Below the pieces are notes generated by a model. That model had not been told where the DNA came from, ran no database searches, and was given only the letters and a program-made list of their open reading frames with translations. This document shows, piece after piece, positions 16,447 through 23,819 of a stretch of DNA of 23,819 bases. This DNA is from Candidatus Eiseniibacteriota bacterium. GTDB lineage: Bacteria > Eisenbacteria > RBG-16-71-46 > DASYSL01. A program made the position numbers and the translations under genes. Each line of letters starts with the position of its first letter. Positions within the stretch are counted from its first letter, which is position 1. The stretch is taken from contig JBKJJJ010000137.1 of assembly GCA_046598045.1 (NCBI GenBank), positions 1 through 23,819 on the forward strand, given 5' to 3'.

Positions 16447-18099
16447 CTACTCGTCCTCTTTCTGGCGTTCGCGGGCCTTGCGGAAGGCCTCGGCGAAGAC
16501 GCTGTCCGAAGGAGTGCCGTCGGGGCGCTCTTCGCGCCGCGATTCCCAGCGCATCGGCTTCTCGCCGGCCCGGCCGCCACGCGTGTTGCTGAAGTCGCGC
16601 CCGCCGCCGCCGCCACCGCCGGCTCCACCGCCGCCGCCACCGAAGCCGCCGCCGCCATCGCGATCGCGTCCACGGCCGCCACCACCGCCGGCGCCGCCCC
16701 GGCCGCCACCAGCACCCCCGAAGCCGCCTCCGCCGCCGCGGGGGCCGCCCCGGCCACCACCACCACCACCGCCGCGCTCGGAGCGTTCGCCACGTTCGCC
16801 GCCACGCTCACCGCCGCGACCGCCGCCTTCGCGCTCGCCGCCTTCATAGCCGCCGCCAGTCATCATGTCGCTCATGTCGCCCGCGGACGGGGCCTCGAGC
16901 GCGGACATGCTGAGCGAGATGCGCTTGGCCGCGGGATCGATCTTGGTGACCCGGGCCTCGACCTCCTGGCCCACCGTCACGACGTCGCGCGGGTGCGCCA
17001 CGCGCCGGCGCGCGAGCTGGGAGACGTGCACGAGGCCGTCGATGCCGGGGAACAGTTCGACGAACGCGCCGAAGTCCATCACGCGCAGGACCGGTCCCTT
17101 GACGACGTCGCCCTCCTTGATCTTGCCCTCGAGCGTGGTCCAGGGATCGGCATCGGCGGCCTTGATCGAGAGCGAGATACGCTCCTTCTTGCCCTCTCCG
17201 AGGTGCTCGAGCTTGAGCACCTTGACCGAGACCTTCTGCCCGACGGTCAGCGCCTCGGAGGGGTCGCCCACGCGCTTGTGCGAGATCTCCGAGACGTGCA
17301 CGAGGCCCTGAACGCCGCCGATGTCGATGAATGCGCCGAACGGCAGGAGCCGCGTGACCGCGCCCTCGATCACCTGGCCGGGTTCGAGCTTGCCGCGCAT
17401 CTCGCCCGCGTGGTGCACGCGCTCGTTCTTGAGCAGCGCCTTGCGCGAGAGCACGACGCGACGGCCCTTCTCGGACACGTCGAGCACCTTGAAGTGGAGC
17501 ACCTGGCCGATGAATTGCTGGCCCTCGCCGACCGGGCCGAGGTCCATCTGCGAGAACGGGCAGAAGCCGCGAATCCCGCCGAGAATGACCTCGAAACCGC
17601 CCGAGTTCGTGCCCTTGACCTTGCCCTCGACCGGCGTGCCCTCGTCCTTCGCCTTGATCAGGACCGCCAGCCCGGCGTCCTGGCGGCGCACCGCGAGCTG
17701 GAGCGTGATCTGTCCTTCGAGGGTGGCGATCGTGGCTTCGATCGGGTCGCCTTCCTTGACCTTGAGATTGCCCTCGTCGTCCTTGAGCTGGCCGATCGGC
17801 AGAGCGCCCTCGGCGCGGCCTCCGAAGTCGACGAACACGGAGTCCTCGCCGATCGAGACGACCTTGCCCTTCACCTTGTCACCCACTTTGGCTTCGCGCG
17901 GCTCGCGGCCCGGGTTCGCCTTCAGGCTCGTTTCGAGCATGGCGGCGAACTCGGGGCTGGTCGGCGCGCCCTCGGCCTCGTCCACGACTGGAGGAGGAGG
18001 GGGCGGGGCGTCCGGCGGCTCGACGGGCGCGGCAAGAGTGGCAGGCGCGTCCGAGCCAACCTCGGACGAGGGCGTGGGATCGTTCGGCGTTTCTTCCAT
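16447..18099 (-). CDS. RpsA-like S1 RNA-binding protein (four S1 domains) with Gly/Arg-rich C-terminal tail
   Basis: S1 repeats VGDKVKGKVV, GTPVEGKV, GQVIEGAV..LLPFGAFID..GLVHVSEIS and GDVVKGPV..MDFGAFVE..GLVHVSQL; RBS CAGGAG before ATG 18099. Confidence 0.9.
   Translation of the reverse strand: MEETPNDPTPSSEVGSDAPATLAAPVEPPDAPPPPPPVVDEAEGAPTSPEFAAMLETSLKANPGREPREAKVGDKVKGKVVSIGEDSVFVDFGGRAEGALPIGQLKDDEGNLKVKEGDPIEATIATLEGQITLQLAVRRQDAGLAVLIKAKDEGTPVEGKVKGTNSGGFEVILGGIRGFCPFSQMDLGPVGEGQQFIGQVLHFKVLDVSEKGRRVVLSRKALLKNERVHHAGEMRGKLEPGQVIEGAVTRLLPFGAFIDIGGVQGLVHVSEISHKRVGDPSEALTVGQKVSVKVLKLEHLGEGKKERISLSIKAADADPWTTLEGKIKEGDVVKGPVLRVMDFGAFVELFPGIDGLVHVSQLARRRVAHPRDVVTVGQEVEARVTKIDPAAKRISLSMSALEAPSAGDMSDMMTGGGYEGGEREGGGRGGERGGERGERSERGGGGGGGRGGPRGGGGGFGGAGGGRGGAGGGGGRGRDRDGGGGFGGGGGGAGGGGGGGRDFSNTRGGRAGEKPMRWESRREERPDGTPSDSVFAEAFRKARERQKEDE
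16570..16858 (-). repeat. Low-complexity (GGC/GGT)n-rich coding tract (RGG/FGG tail)
   Basis: Runs of ccg/cca triplets on the plus strand encode GGGRGGERGGERG...GGFGG... Confidence 0.85.
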
Positions 18100-18157
18100 G
18101 GATTCTCCTGGGGGTACTGCGGTTCTCGCGGGGCCGATGACGGCGGCTAACCTCCCA

Positions 18158-18186
18158 AGGCTAGCAGGAATGGCCCCACGGCGAAA
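18158..18186 (-). promoter_or_regulatory. Putative extended -10 promoter of the S1-rnd operon
   Basis: Minus strand TGcTAGCCT (18166-18158) with a weak TTTCGC 17 nt upstream of the hexamer. Confidence 0.45.
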
Positions 18187-18203
18187 GCCCCGCGAACGCG
18201 GCC

Positions 18204-18232
18204 TTGTCGGACGCCCCCGCGGGTTCTAGGAT
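18204..18232 (+). promoter_or_regulatory. Putative sigma70 promoter of the hydrolase operon
   Basis: TTGTCG (18204-18209), N17, TAGGAT (18227-18232). Confidence 0.55.
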
Positions 18233-18321
18233 TCGCCATCGCTGCCGCGCCGCCGGGCATCCTGCCCGCGCCTGGCCGCGCGGTCCGCCCGGCCCGTTTC
18301 GGCCCTTTTCTGGAGACTTCC

Positions 18322-20340
18322 ATGCCTGTTTCGACCCGCACGCTCCGCGCGCTCCATCCGGCTGTCCGGCCGGTGGGACGCCCCCTGACGGCCGAGGACC
18401 TGTGGCGCATCCCCCGTGTCGGCGCTTCGGCACCCGCGCCGGATGGGACCTGGGCCGTCGTCCCCGTGACCTCGTACGACCTTGAGAAGAACGAGGGCAA
18501 GACCCGCCTGTGGATGGTTTCGGCGACCGGCGCGTTCGAGCCGCGGGTGCTCACCGCCCCGGATTCGAACAGCACGGCGCCGCGCGTGTCGCCCGACGGC
18601 ACGCGCGTGGCGTTCGTGCGTCGGCGCGACAAGAGCGAGAAGGCGCAGCTCCACATCCTGCCGCTCGAGGGCGGCGAGGCCGAGAAGGTGACCGACCTGC
18701 CGCTCGGCGTCGCCGACCCGCGCTGGTTCGCCGACGGCAAGCGGATCGCGTTCCTCGCGCCGCTGATCGCGGGGCACCTCACCGCGGAGAAGACCAAGGC
18801 CCGGATCGAGGAGCGCGAGAAGGACCCGGTCAAGGCGCACGTCACCGAGAGCCGCGTCTTCCGTTACTGGGACACGTGGCTCGACGGCGGCGAGGTGCCG
18901 CACCTGTTCGTGCTCGACCTCGAGACGCGCGCGCTCAAGGACGTGACCCCGACCTCGACGCGCTGGTTCGAGCTCATGGATCCCGAGGGCCAGTACGACA
19001 TCAGCCCCGACGGCATGGAGATCGCGTTCGCCGCGAACACCAGCGCGCCGCCGCACCAGCGCCTGCGCTGGGGGCTCTACACCGTGCCCGCGTCGGGCGG
19101 CGAACCGAAGTGCCTGACCGAGGGCAACACCGGTGAGGAGATGCGCCCGCGCTACAGCAAGGACGGCGCGGCGATCGTCTACGGCATGCAGAAGGATCCC
19201 GACTTCTACGCCGATCGCGTGCGGCTCGTGCGCTACGACCGGAAGGCGAACACGCACACCGTGCTCACGGAGGAGTGGGACCGCTCGGCGTCGGGCTGGG
19301 AGTTCGACGAGACGAACCGACTCGTGTTCCTCGCCGAGGACCGCGCGCGCGCGTCGGTGTTCGCGCTGCCGCTCACGGGCGGCACGCCCGCCGTGCTGCA
19401 CGAAGGCGGCGCGGTGTCGGGGCTCGGCGTGTCGAAGGGCCGCTTGTGGTTCACGCGCCAGACGCTCACCGAGACCGCCGAGCTGTGGACCGCGGACCTC
19501 CTGGGCAAGGACGCGAAGGCGGCGACGCGCTTGACCGAGCCCGCGACCAGGGACATCGCGCTCGGCGAGGTGCAGGAGATCGACTTCGAGGGCGCGCGCG
19601 GGGAGACCGTGCAGGCGTTCGTCGTGCTGCCGCCGGGCTTCGACGCGACGAAGAAGTATCCGCTGGTCCACGTCATCCACGGCGGGCCGCACGGAATTTC
19701 GGGCGACCAGTTCCACCCGCGCTGGAACGGCCACCTGTTCGCGGCGCCGGGCTACGTCGTCGCGATGGTCAACTTTCATGGCTCGACGTCGTGGGGGCAG
19801 GAGTACACGCAGTGCATCCAGGGCCACTGGGGCGAGTACCCCATGGCCGACATCGAGGCCGCGACCGACGCGCTGCTTCAGGCCGGGTTCATCGACGAGA
19901 AGGCGATGGCGATCACGGGCGGCAGTTACGGCGGCTACCTCGTGTCCTGGATCAGCGCGCACACGAACCGCTATGCCTGCGTCGTGAATCACGCGGGCGT
20001 GTACAACACCCAGGCCCAGTACGCGAGCGACGTCACGCAGGGCCGCCATCGCGCGTTCGGCGGCGAGCCGTGGGACGGGATCGAGGCGATCGACCGCTGG
20101 AACCCCGCGCGCTTCGCGTCCGGCGTGAACACGCCGACGCTCGTCGTCCACGGCGAGTGCGACTTCCGTGTGCCGGTCGACCAGGGGCTCGAGTGCTACA
20201 ACGTGCTCCAGGGGAAGGGCGTGCCCGCGCGGCTCGTCTACTTCCCCGACGAGAACCACTGGGTGCTCAAGCCGCGCAACTCGGTGTTCTGGTATCGCGA
20301 GGTTCACGAGTGGCTCGCGCGCTGGCTGAGGCCCGCGTGA
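18322..20340 (+). CDS. S9 family (prolyl oligopeptidase / acylaminoacyl peptidase-like) serine peptidase
   Basis: Beta-propeller repeats (SPDG, ADG, SKDG), YPLVHVIHGGPH, nucleophile GGSYGG, HGECDFRVP, FPDENHW; RBS GGAG; no clear signal peptide. Confidence 0.93.
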   Translation: MPVSTRTLRALHPAVRPVGRPLTAEDLWRIPRVGASAPAPDGTWAVVPVTSYDLEKNEGKTRLWMVSATGAFEPRVLTAPDSNSTAPRVSPDGTRVAFVRRRDKSEKAQLHILPLEGGEAEKVTDLPLGVADPRWFADGKRIAFLAPLIAGHLTAEKTKARIEEREKDPVKAHVTESRVFRYWDTWLDGGEVPHLFVLDLETRALKDVTPTSTRWFELMDPEGQYDISPDGMEIAFAANTSAPPHQRLRWGLYTVPASGGEPKCLTEGNTGEEMRPRYSKDGAAIVYGMQKDPDFYADRVRLVRYDRKANTHTVLTEEWDRSASGWEFDETNRLVFLAEDRARASVFALPLTGGTPAVLHEGGAVSGLGVSKGRLWFTRQTLTETAELWTADLLGKDAKAATRLTEPATRDIALGEVQEIDFEGARGETVQAFVVLPPGFDATKKYPLVHVIHGGPHGISGDQFHPRWNGHLFAAPGYVVAMVNFHGSTSWGQEYTQCIQGHWGEYPMADIEAATDALLQAGFIDEKAMAITGGSYGGYLVSWISAHTNRYACVVNHAGVYNTQAQYASDVTQGRHRAFGGEPWDGIEAIDRWNPARFASGVNTPTLVVHGECDFRVPVDQGLECYNVLQGKGVPARLVYFPDENHWVLKPRNSVFWYREVHEWLARWLRPA

Positions 20341-20732
20341 CGCCGCCGGTCGGGCGCCGCCGCTTCGTTTTCTGGCTCGGCGGGGCGGGGGCGCTGTCGC
20401 TCACGGGCGGGCTCACGACGCTGATCGGGCTGGGCTCGCGGAGTGCGGAGGCGAAGGGCAAGCCGGCGCCCGCGCCGCCTGCGCCCGCCATGCCCGCGCC
20501 GCCGGCCGCGCCGCCCGAGATCAGCGCCGAGGCGCGTGCGCTCCACGGCGTGCTGATCGCGCGCTACGGCAAGGCGCTCGACGCCGCGCAGTCGCAGTCG
20601 CTGCTCGAGTCGGTCGAGAACGGCGTGCAATCGGGGGCCGCCCTGCGCGCGAAGAAGCTCATGAACGGACAGGAGCCGCAGGCGATCTTCCACGTCACTT
20701 CGCCCGCGCCGCCTGCGGGGGCGCCGCGATGA
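20337..20732 (+). CDS. Small twin-arginine-signal protein, putative AtzG/GatC-like amidase partner
   Basis: C-terminal part of track ORF 19275..20732, starting at GTG 20337 (GTGA overlap) and ending in an ATGA overlap. GRRRFV, hydrophobic stretch and AEA; Pro/Ala linker; helical domain ending LRAKKLMNGQEPQAIF. Confidence 0.75.
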   Translation: MTPPVGRRRFVFWLGGAGALSLTGGLTTLIGLGSRSAEAKGKPAPAPPAPAMPAPPAAPPEISAEARALHGVLIARYGKALDAAQSQSLLESVENGVQSGAALRAKKLMNGQEPQAIFHVTSPAPPAGAPR

Positions 20733-22153
20733 TCCCGAAGCGCTACTTTGGCATGACCGTGCGCGAGCTGGGCGCACGCCTGCGCACCGGCGAGGTCTCC
20801 TCGATCGAGCTCACGACCGGCTACCTGTCGCGGCTCGAGGCGCTCGGCCCCGCGTACAACGCGTACGTCACGCTGACGCGCGACCGCGCCCTCGACGAGG
20901 CGTCGAACGCCGACACCGAGATCGGCAAGAAGAACTTCCGCGGGCCGCTGCACGGCATTCCGTACGGCGTGAAGGACCTGCTCGCGGCGCGCGGCTACCC
21001 GACGACGTGGGGCGCCGCGCCCTACAAGACGCAGCAATTCAAGGACGACTCCGAGGTCGTGCGCCGCTTGAAGGAGGCCGGCGCGGTGCTGGTCGCGAAG
21101 CTCTCGATGGTCGAGCTCGCGGGCGGCATGGGCTACGACCGCGCCGACGCCGCGTTCAATGGGCCGGGCCTCAACCCGTGGAACCCGAAGTACTGGAGCG
21201 GTGGCAGCTCGAGCGGGCCTGGCGCCGCGGTCGCGGCGGGGCTGGTGCCGTTTGCGATCGGCTCGGAGACCTCGGGCTCGATCCTCACGCCGTCGTCGTT
21301 CTGCGGCGTGACCGGGCTGCGCCCGACCTACGGCTTGGTGTCGCGCCGCGGTGCGATGGCGCTGTCGTGGACGCTCGACAAGGTCGGCCCGATGGCGCGC
21401 ACCGCCGATGACTGCGGGTTGATTCTCGCGGCGATCGCGGGGCAGGACCTCGCGGACCCGTCGTCGCTGGCCGACGGGTTCGAGTACGCCGGCCCGCCCG
21501 ACCCGAAGCTGATTCGCCGCCGGCCGTGGCGCCTGGCGGTGCCGAAGGGCTCGATCGAGAAGGTCCAGCCCGCGGTGCGCGCGAACTTCGAGGCCGCGCT
21601 CGCGTCGTTCGGCGGCATGGCCGAGATCACGCGCGACGTCGATTGGCCCGACCTGCCGTGGGGGCCGTCGGTCGGCACGATCGTCGCCGCCGAGGGCGCG
21701 TCGGCGTTCCTCGACCTGATCGAGTCGGGCGGGCTCGCGCAATTGGCGTGCCCGCGCGGGCGCTTCAACGGTTATGCCGGCGCGGGCGTGACCGCGGTCG
21801 ATTACCTGCAGGCGATGCGCTGGCGCGGCCCGATGAAGGACGCGCTCAACCAACTGTTCGAGAAGTTCGACGCGATCGTGACCCCGGGCCGCGCGACCGT
21901 CGCCTACCCGGCCGACGTCGAGTTCGGCAAGGCATGGCCGGGCGTCTCGGGCGGGCCGCCGGTGATCCCGGCCGGCAACCTGTGCGGGCTGCCGGCGATC
22001 TGCGTGCCGAGCGGGTTCGGCGAGATGGGGCTGCCCACGAGCATCGCATTCATGGGGCCGGCGCTGTCGGAGACCTCGCTCGTATTGATGGCGAACGACG
22101 TCCAGTCGAAGCTCAAGCTCGCCGCGAAGCTCCCGCCCGGAGTCGACAAGTGA
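20729..22153 (+). CDS. Amidase signature family enzyme
   Basis: GPLHGIPYGVKDL (Lys), GGSSSGPG (cis-Ser) and IGSETSGSI (nucleophile Ser); FCGVTGLRPT.GLVSR.G. Confidence 0.93.
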   Translation: MIPKRYFGMTVRELGARLRTGEVSSIELTTGYLSRLEALGPAYNAYVTLTRDRALDEASNADTEIGKKNFRGPLHGIPYGVKDLLAARGYPTTWGAAPYKTQQFKDDSEVVRRLKEAGAVLVAKLSMVELAGGMGYDRADAAFNGPGLNPWNPKYWSGGSSSGPGAAVAAGLVPFAIGSETSGSILTPSSFCGVTGLRPTYGLVSRRGAMALSWTLDKVGPMARTADDCGLILAAIAGQDLADPSSLADGFEYAGPPDPKLIRRRPWRLAVPKGSIEKVQPAVRANFEAALASFGGMAEITRDVDWPDLPWGPSVGTIVAAEGASAFLDLIESGGLAQLACPRGRFNGYAGAGVTAVDYLQAMRWRGPMKDALNQLFEKFDAIVTPGRATVAYPADVEFGKAWPGVSGGPPVIPAGNLCGLPAICVPSGFGEMGLPTSIAFMGPALSETSLVLMANDVQSKLKLAAKLPPGVDK

Positions 22154-23819
22154 GCGACGCCGCGCGCGCGCAGCTCGCCGCGCTCGCGACCGGGTACTGG
22201 GAGAGGGCGCTGGCGTGGAACCCGCTGACCGCGACGCTGGTCGGGGACCGGCGCTACGACGACCGCATGCCCGACCCATCCCCGGAGACGCTCGAGACGC
22301 AGCGAGGCGACCTCGCGCAGATCGCCGCGCAGGCGCAGGCGATCCCTGCCGACGAGCTGCAAGCGGACGACCGCGTGACGCGGCTGCAGCTGATCGCGGT
22401 CGCGCGGGACGGCGTCGACGAGCGCTCGACCGGCTTCGAGAGCTGGCTGCTCGATCCCCTGGAGGGCCCGCAGGTGGCGCTGCTCAGCCTGCCCGCGTGG
22501 CACACCGTGCGCACGCCCGAGGAGGCCGACGCGTTCGTCCAGCGCGTCGAAGCGATGGGCCCGTACCTCGCGCAACACGTCGCGAACCTCTCGCGTGGTC
22601 ACGCCGAGGGGCGGTCGTCCGCGCTCGACGCGGTGCGCAAGGTCGAGCAGCAGTTGGGCGAATTGCTGGCGAAGCCCTCGAGCGCGTGGTCGCTGGTCAC
22701 CGAGCCCGTCGCGGGCCTGCCGCCCGCTTTCGACGACGAGGCACGTCGCGGGCTGGAAGGCGAACTTGCGGCAGCGGTCGAGCGCTCGGTAAGGCCCGGG
22801 TTCGAGCGGCTCGCGCGCTTCGTGCGCGAGGTCGCTCTCCCCAAGGCCCGGCCCGCCGATCGCGCCGGGCTGTGCGCCCTGCCCGGGGGGCGGGAGATCT
22901 ACGACAAGACCCTGCGCATCCACACCTCGCTGCCGCTGACCGCGCAGGCGATCCACGACACCGGCCTCGCCGAGGTCCTTCGCATCAACGAGGAGACGCG
23001 CGACATGGGTGCGCGCGTGCTCGGCACCGGCGACCTCACGACGATCCAGACGCGCCTGCGCTCGGACCCGGCGCTGCACTTCGCGACGCGCGAGCAGGTC
23101 GAGGCCAAGGCGACCCAAGCGCTGCGCCGCGCCGAGGCGGCGGTGCCGCGCTGGTTCGGTCGGCTGCCGAAGACACCGTGCATCGTGCGCCGCATCGAGG
23201 AGCATGAGGAGAAGTTCTCGACCATCGCCTACTACCGCCAGCCGGCCGCCGACGGCTCGCGCCCGGGCACGTATTTCATCAACACCTATGCGCCCGACAC
23301 GCGCCCGCGCTACGACGCCGAGGCGCTCGCGTTCCACGAGGCCGTTCCCGGGCACCATACGCAGATCGCGATCGCGCAGGAGCTGACGGGCATCCCCGAG
23401 TTCCGCAAGCACACCGGCCCGACCGCGTACATCGAGGGCTGGGCGCTCTACACCGAGCGGCTGTGCGACGAGATGGGGCTCTACTCGGGCGACCTCGACC
23501 GCATCGGCATGCTGTCGTTCGACTCGTGGCGCGCGTGCCGCCTGGTCGTCGACACGGGGCTGCACGCGATGGGCTGGTCGCGCGGGCGCGCGATCGAGTT
23601 CATGCTGGCGAACAGCGTGCTCGCGGCGAACAACATCGAGAACGAGGTCGACCGCTACATCACCTGGCCCGGCCAGGCCACGGCGTACAAGACCGGGCAG
23701 CTCGAGATCCTGCGCCTGCGGGCCGCCTGCAAGGCGCGGCTCGGGGCGGCGTTCGACATCAAGCAGTTCCACGACGCGGTGCTCGCGTCGGGCGCGGTCG
23801 GGCTCGAGACGCTCGGGGA
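22150..23819 (+). CDS. DUF885 family protein (putative metallopeptidase; 3' end truncated)
   Basis: Not in the ORF track because it has no stop in the window. From GTG 22150 (GTGA overlap): NPLTATLVGDRRYDD, IHDTGLAEV, AYYRQPAADGSRPG, FHEAVPGHHTQ, YIEGWALYTE, RACRLVVDTGLH, EVDRYITWPGQATAYKTG. Confidence 0.92.
   Translation, partial: MSDAARAQLAALATGYWERALAWNPLTATLVGDRRYDDRMPDPSPETLETQRGDLAQIAAQAQAIPADELQADDRVTRLQLIAVARDGVDERSTGFESWLLDPLEGPQVALLSLPAWHTVRTPEEADAFVQRVEAMGPYLAQHVANLSRGHAEGRSSALDAVRKVEQQLGELLAKPSSAWSLVTEPVAGLPPAFDDEARRGLEGELAAAVERSVRPGFERLARFVREVALPKARPADRAGLCALPGGREIYDKTLRIHTSLPLTAQAIHDTGLAEVLRINEETRDMGARVLGTGDLTTIQTRLRSDPALHFATREQVEAKATQALRRAEAAVPRWFGRLPKTPCIVRRIEEHEEKFSTIAYYRQPAADGSRPGTYFINTYAPDTRPRYDAEALAFHEAVPGHHTQIAIAQELTGIPEFRKHTGPTAYIEGWALYTERLCDEMGLYSGDLDRIGMLSFDSWRACRLVVDTGLHAMGWSRGRAIEFMLANSVLAANNIENEVDRYITWPGQATAYKTGQLEILRLRAACKARLGAAFDIKQFHDAVLASGAVGLETLG

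Noticed and set aside
16570..16860. Repetitive DNA as a CRISPR array or VNTR
   Set aside because: No constant repeat-spacer structure; explained by Gly/Arg codons.
15115..18150. 1011-aa plus-strand ORF
   Set aside because: Antisense shadow of rnd and the S1 gene; its Ala/Thr-rich stretch is just the complement of the Gly tract.
18240..18312. Structured 5' leader or riboswitch before the peptidase
   Set aside because: Only short GC stems (GCCGGGC/GCCCGGC) and a weak U-run; no recognisable aptamer motif.
20337..22153. gatC-gatA of the Glu-tRNA(Gln) amidotransferase
   Set aside because: No gatB follows, the amidase has ETSGSILTP rather than the GatA DTGGSIRQP, and the small protein carries an export-type signal.
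18226..23772. Long minus-strand ORFs 18226..20307, 20564..22279 and 21904..23772
   Set aside because: Antisense shadows of the peptidase, amidase and DUF885 genes.

Overview
High-GC bacterial chromosomal window of mostly housekeeping genes. I saw no CRISPR array, rRNA, tRNA or mobile element. From left to right: (1) a minus-strand arginine operon argR-argC-argB-argD-argG-argA(short GNAT)-argF, with argF running off the left edge and tandem ARG boxes over its promoter; (2) a divergent REC/HD-GYP cyclic-di-GMP phosphodiesterase; (3) a probable pirin gene relic; (4) an exported LolA-like/TlpA fusion and a secreted PQQ-type sugar dehydrogenase with a FlgD/T9SS-CTD-like tail, which suggests an FCB-group organism such as a candidate phylum (inference); (5) yebC; (6) a lower-GC secreted TIMP-like multidomain protein; (7) an EVE protein and an OmpA lipoprotein; (8) a minus-strand operon of an S1-domain protein with an RGG tail, RNase D and a PLP aminotransferase; (9) a translationally coupled plus-strand hydrolase operon of an S9 peptidase, a small Tat-signal protein, an amidase and a DUF885 protein, which runs off the right edge. 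The best leads are the Tat-signal AtzG/GatC-like partner of a signal-less amidase (possible hitchhiker export), the TIMP-like protein whose mature N-terminus would be Cys-x-Cys, and the S1 protein with a eukaryote-like RGG tail next to RNase D. All family assignments come from motif recognition by eye; no searches were run.
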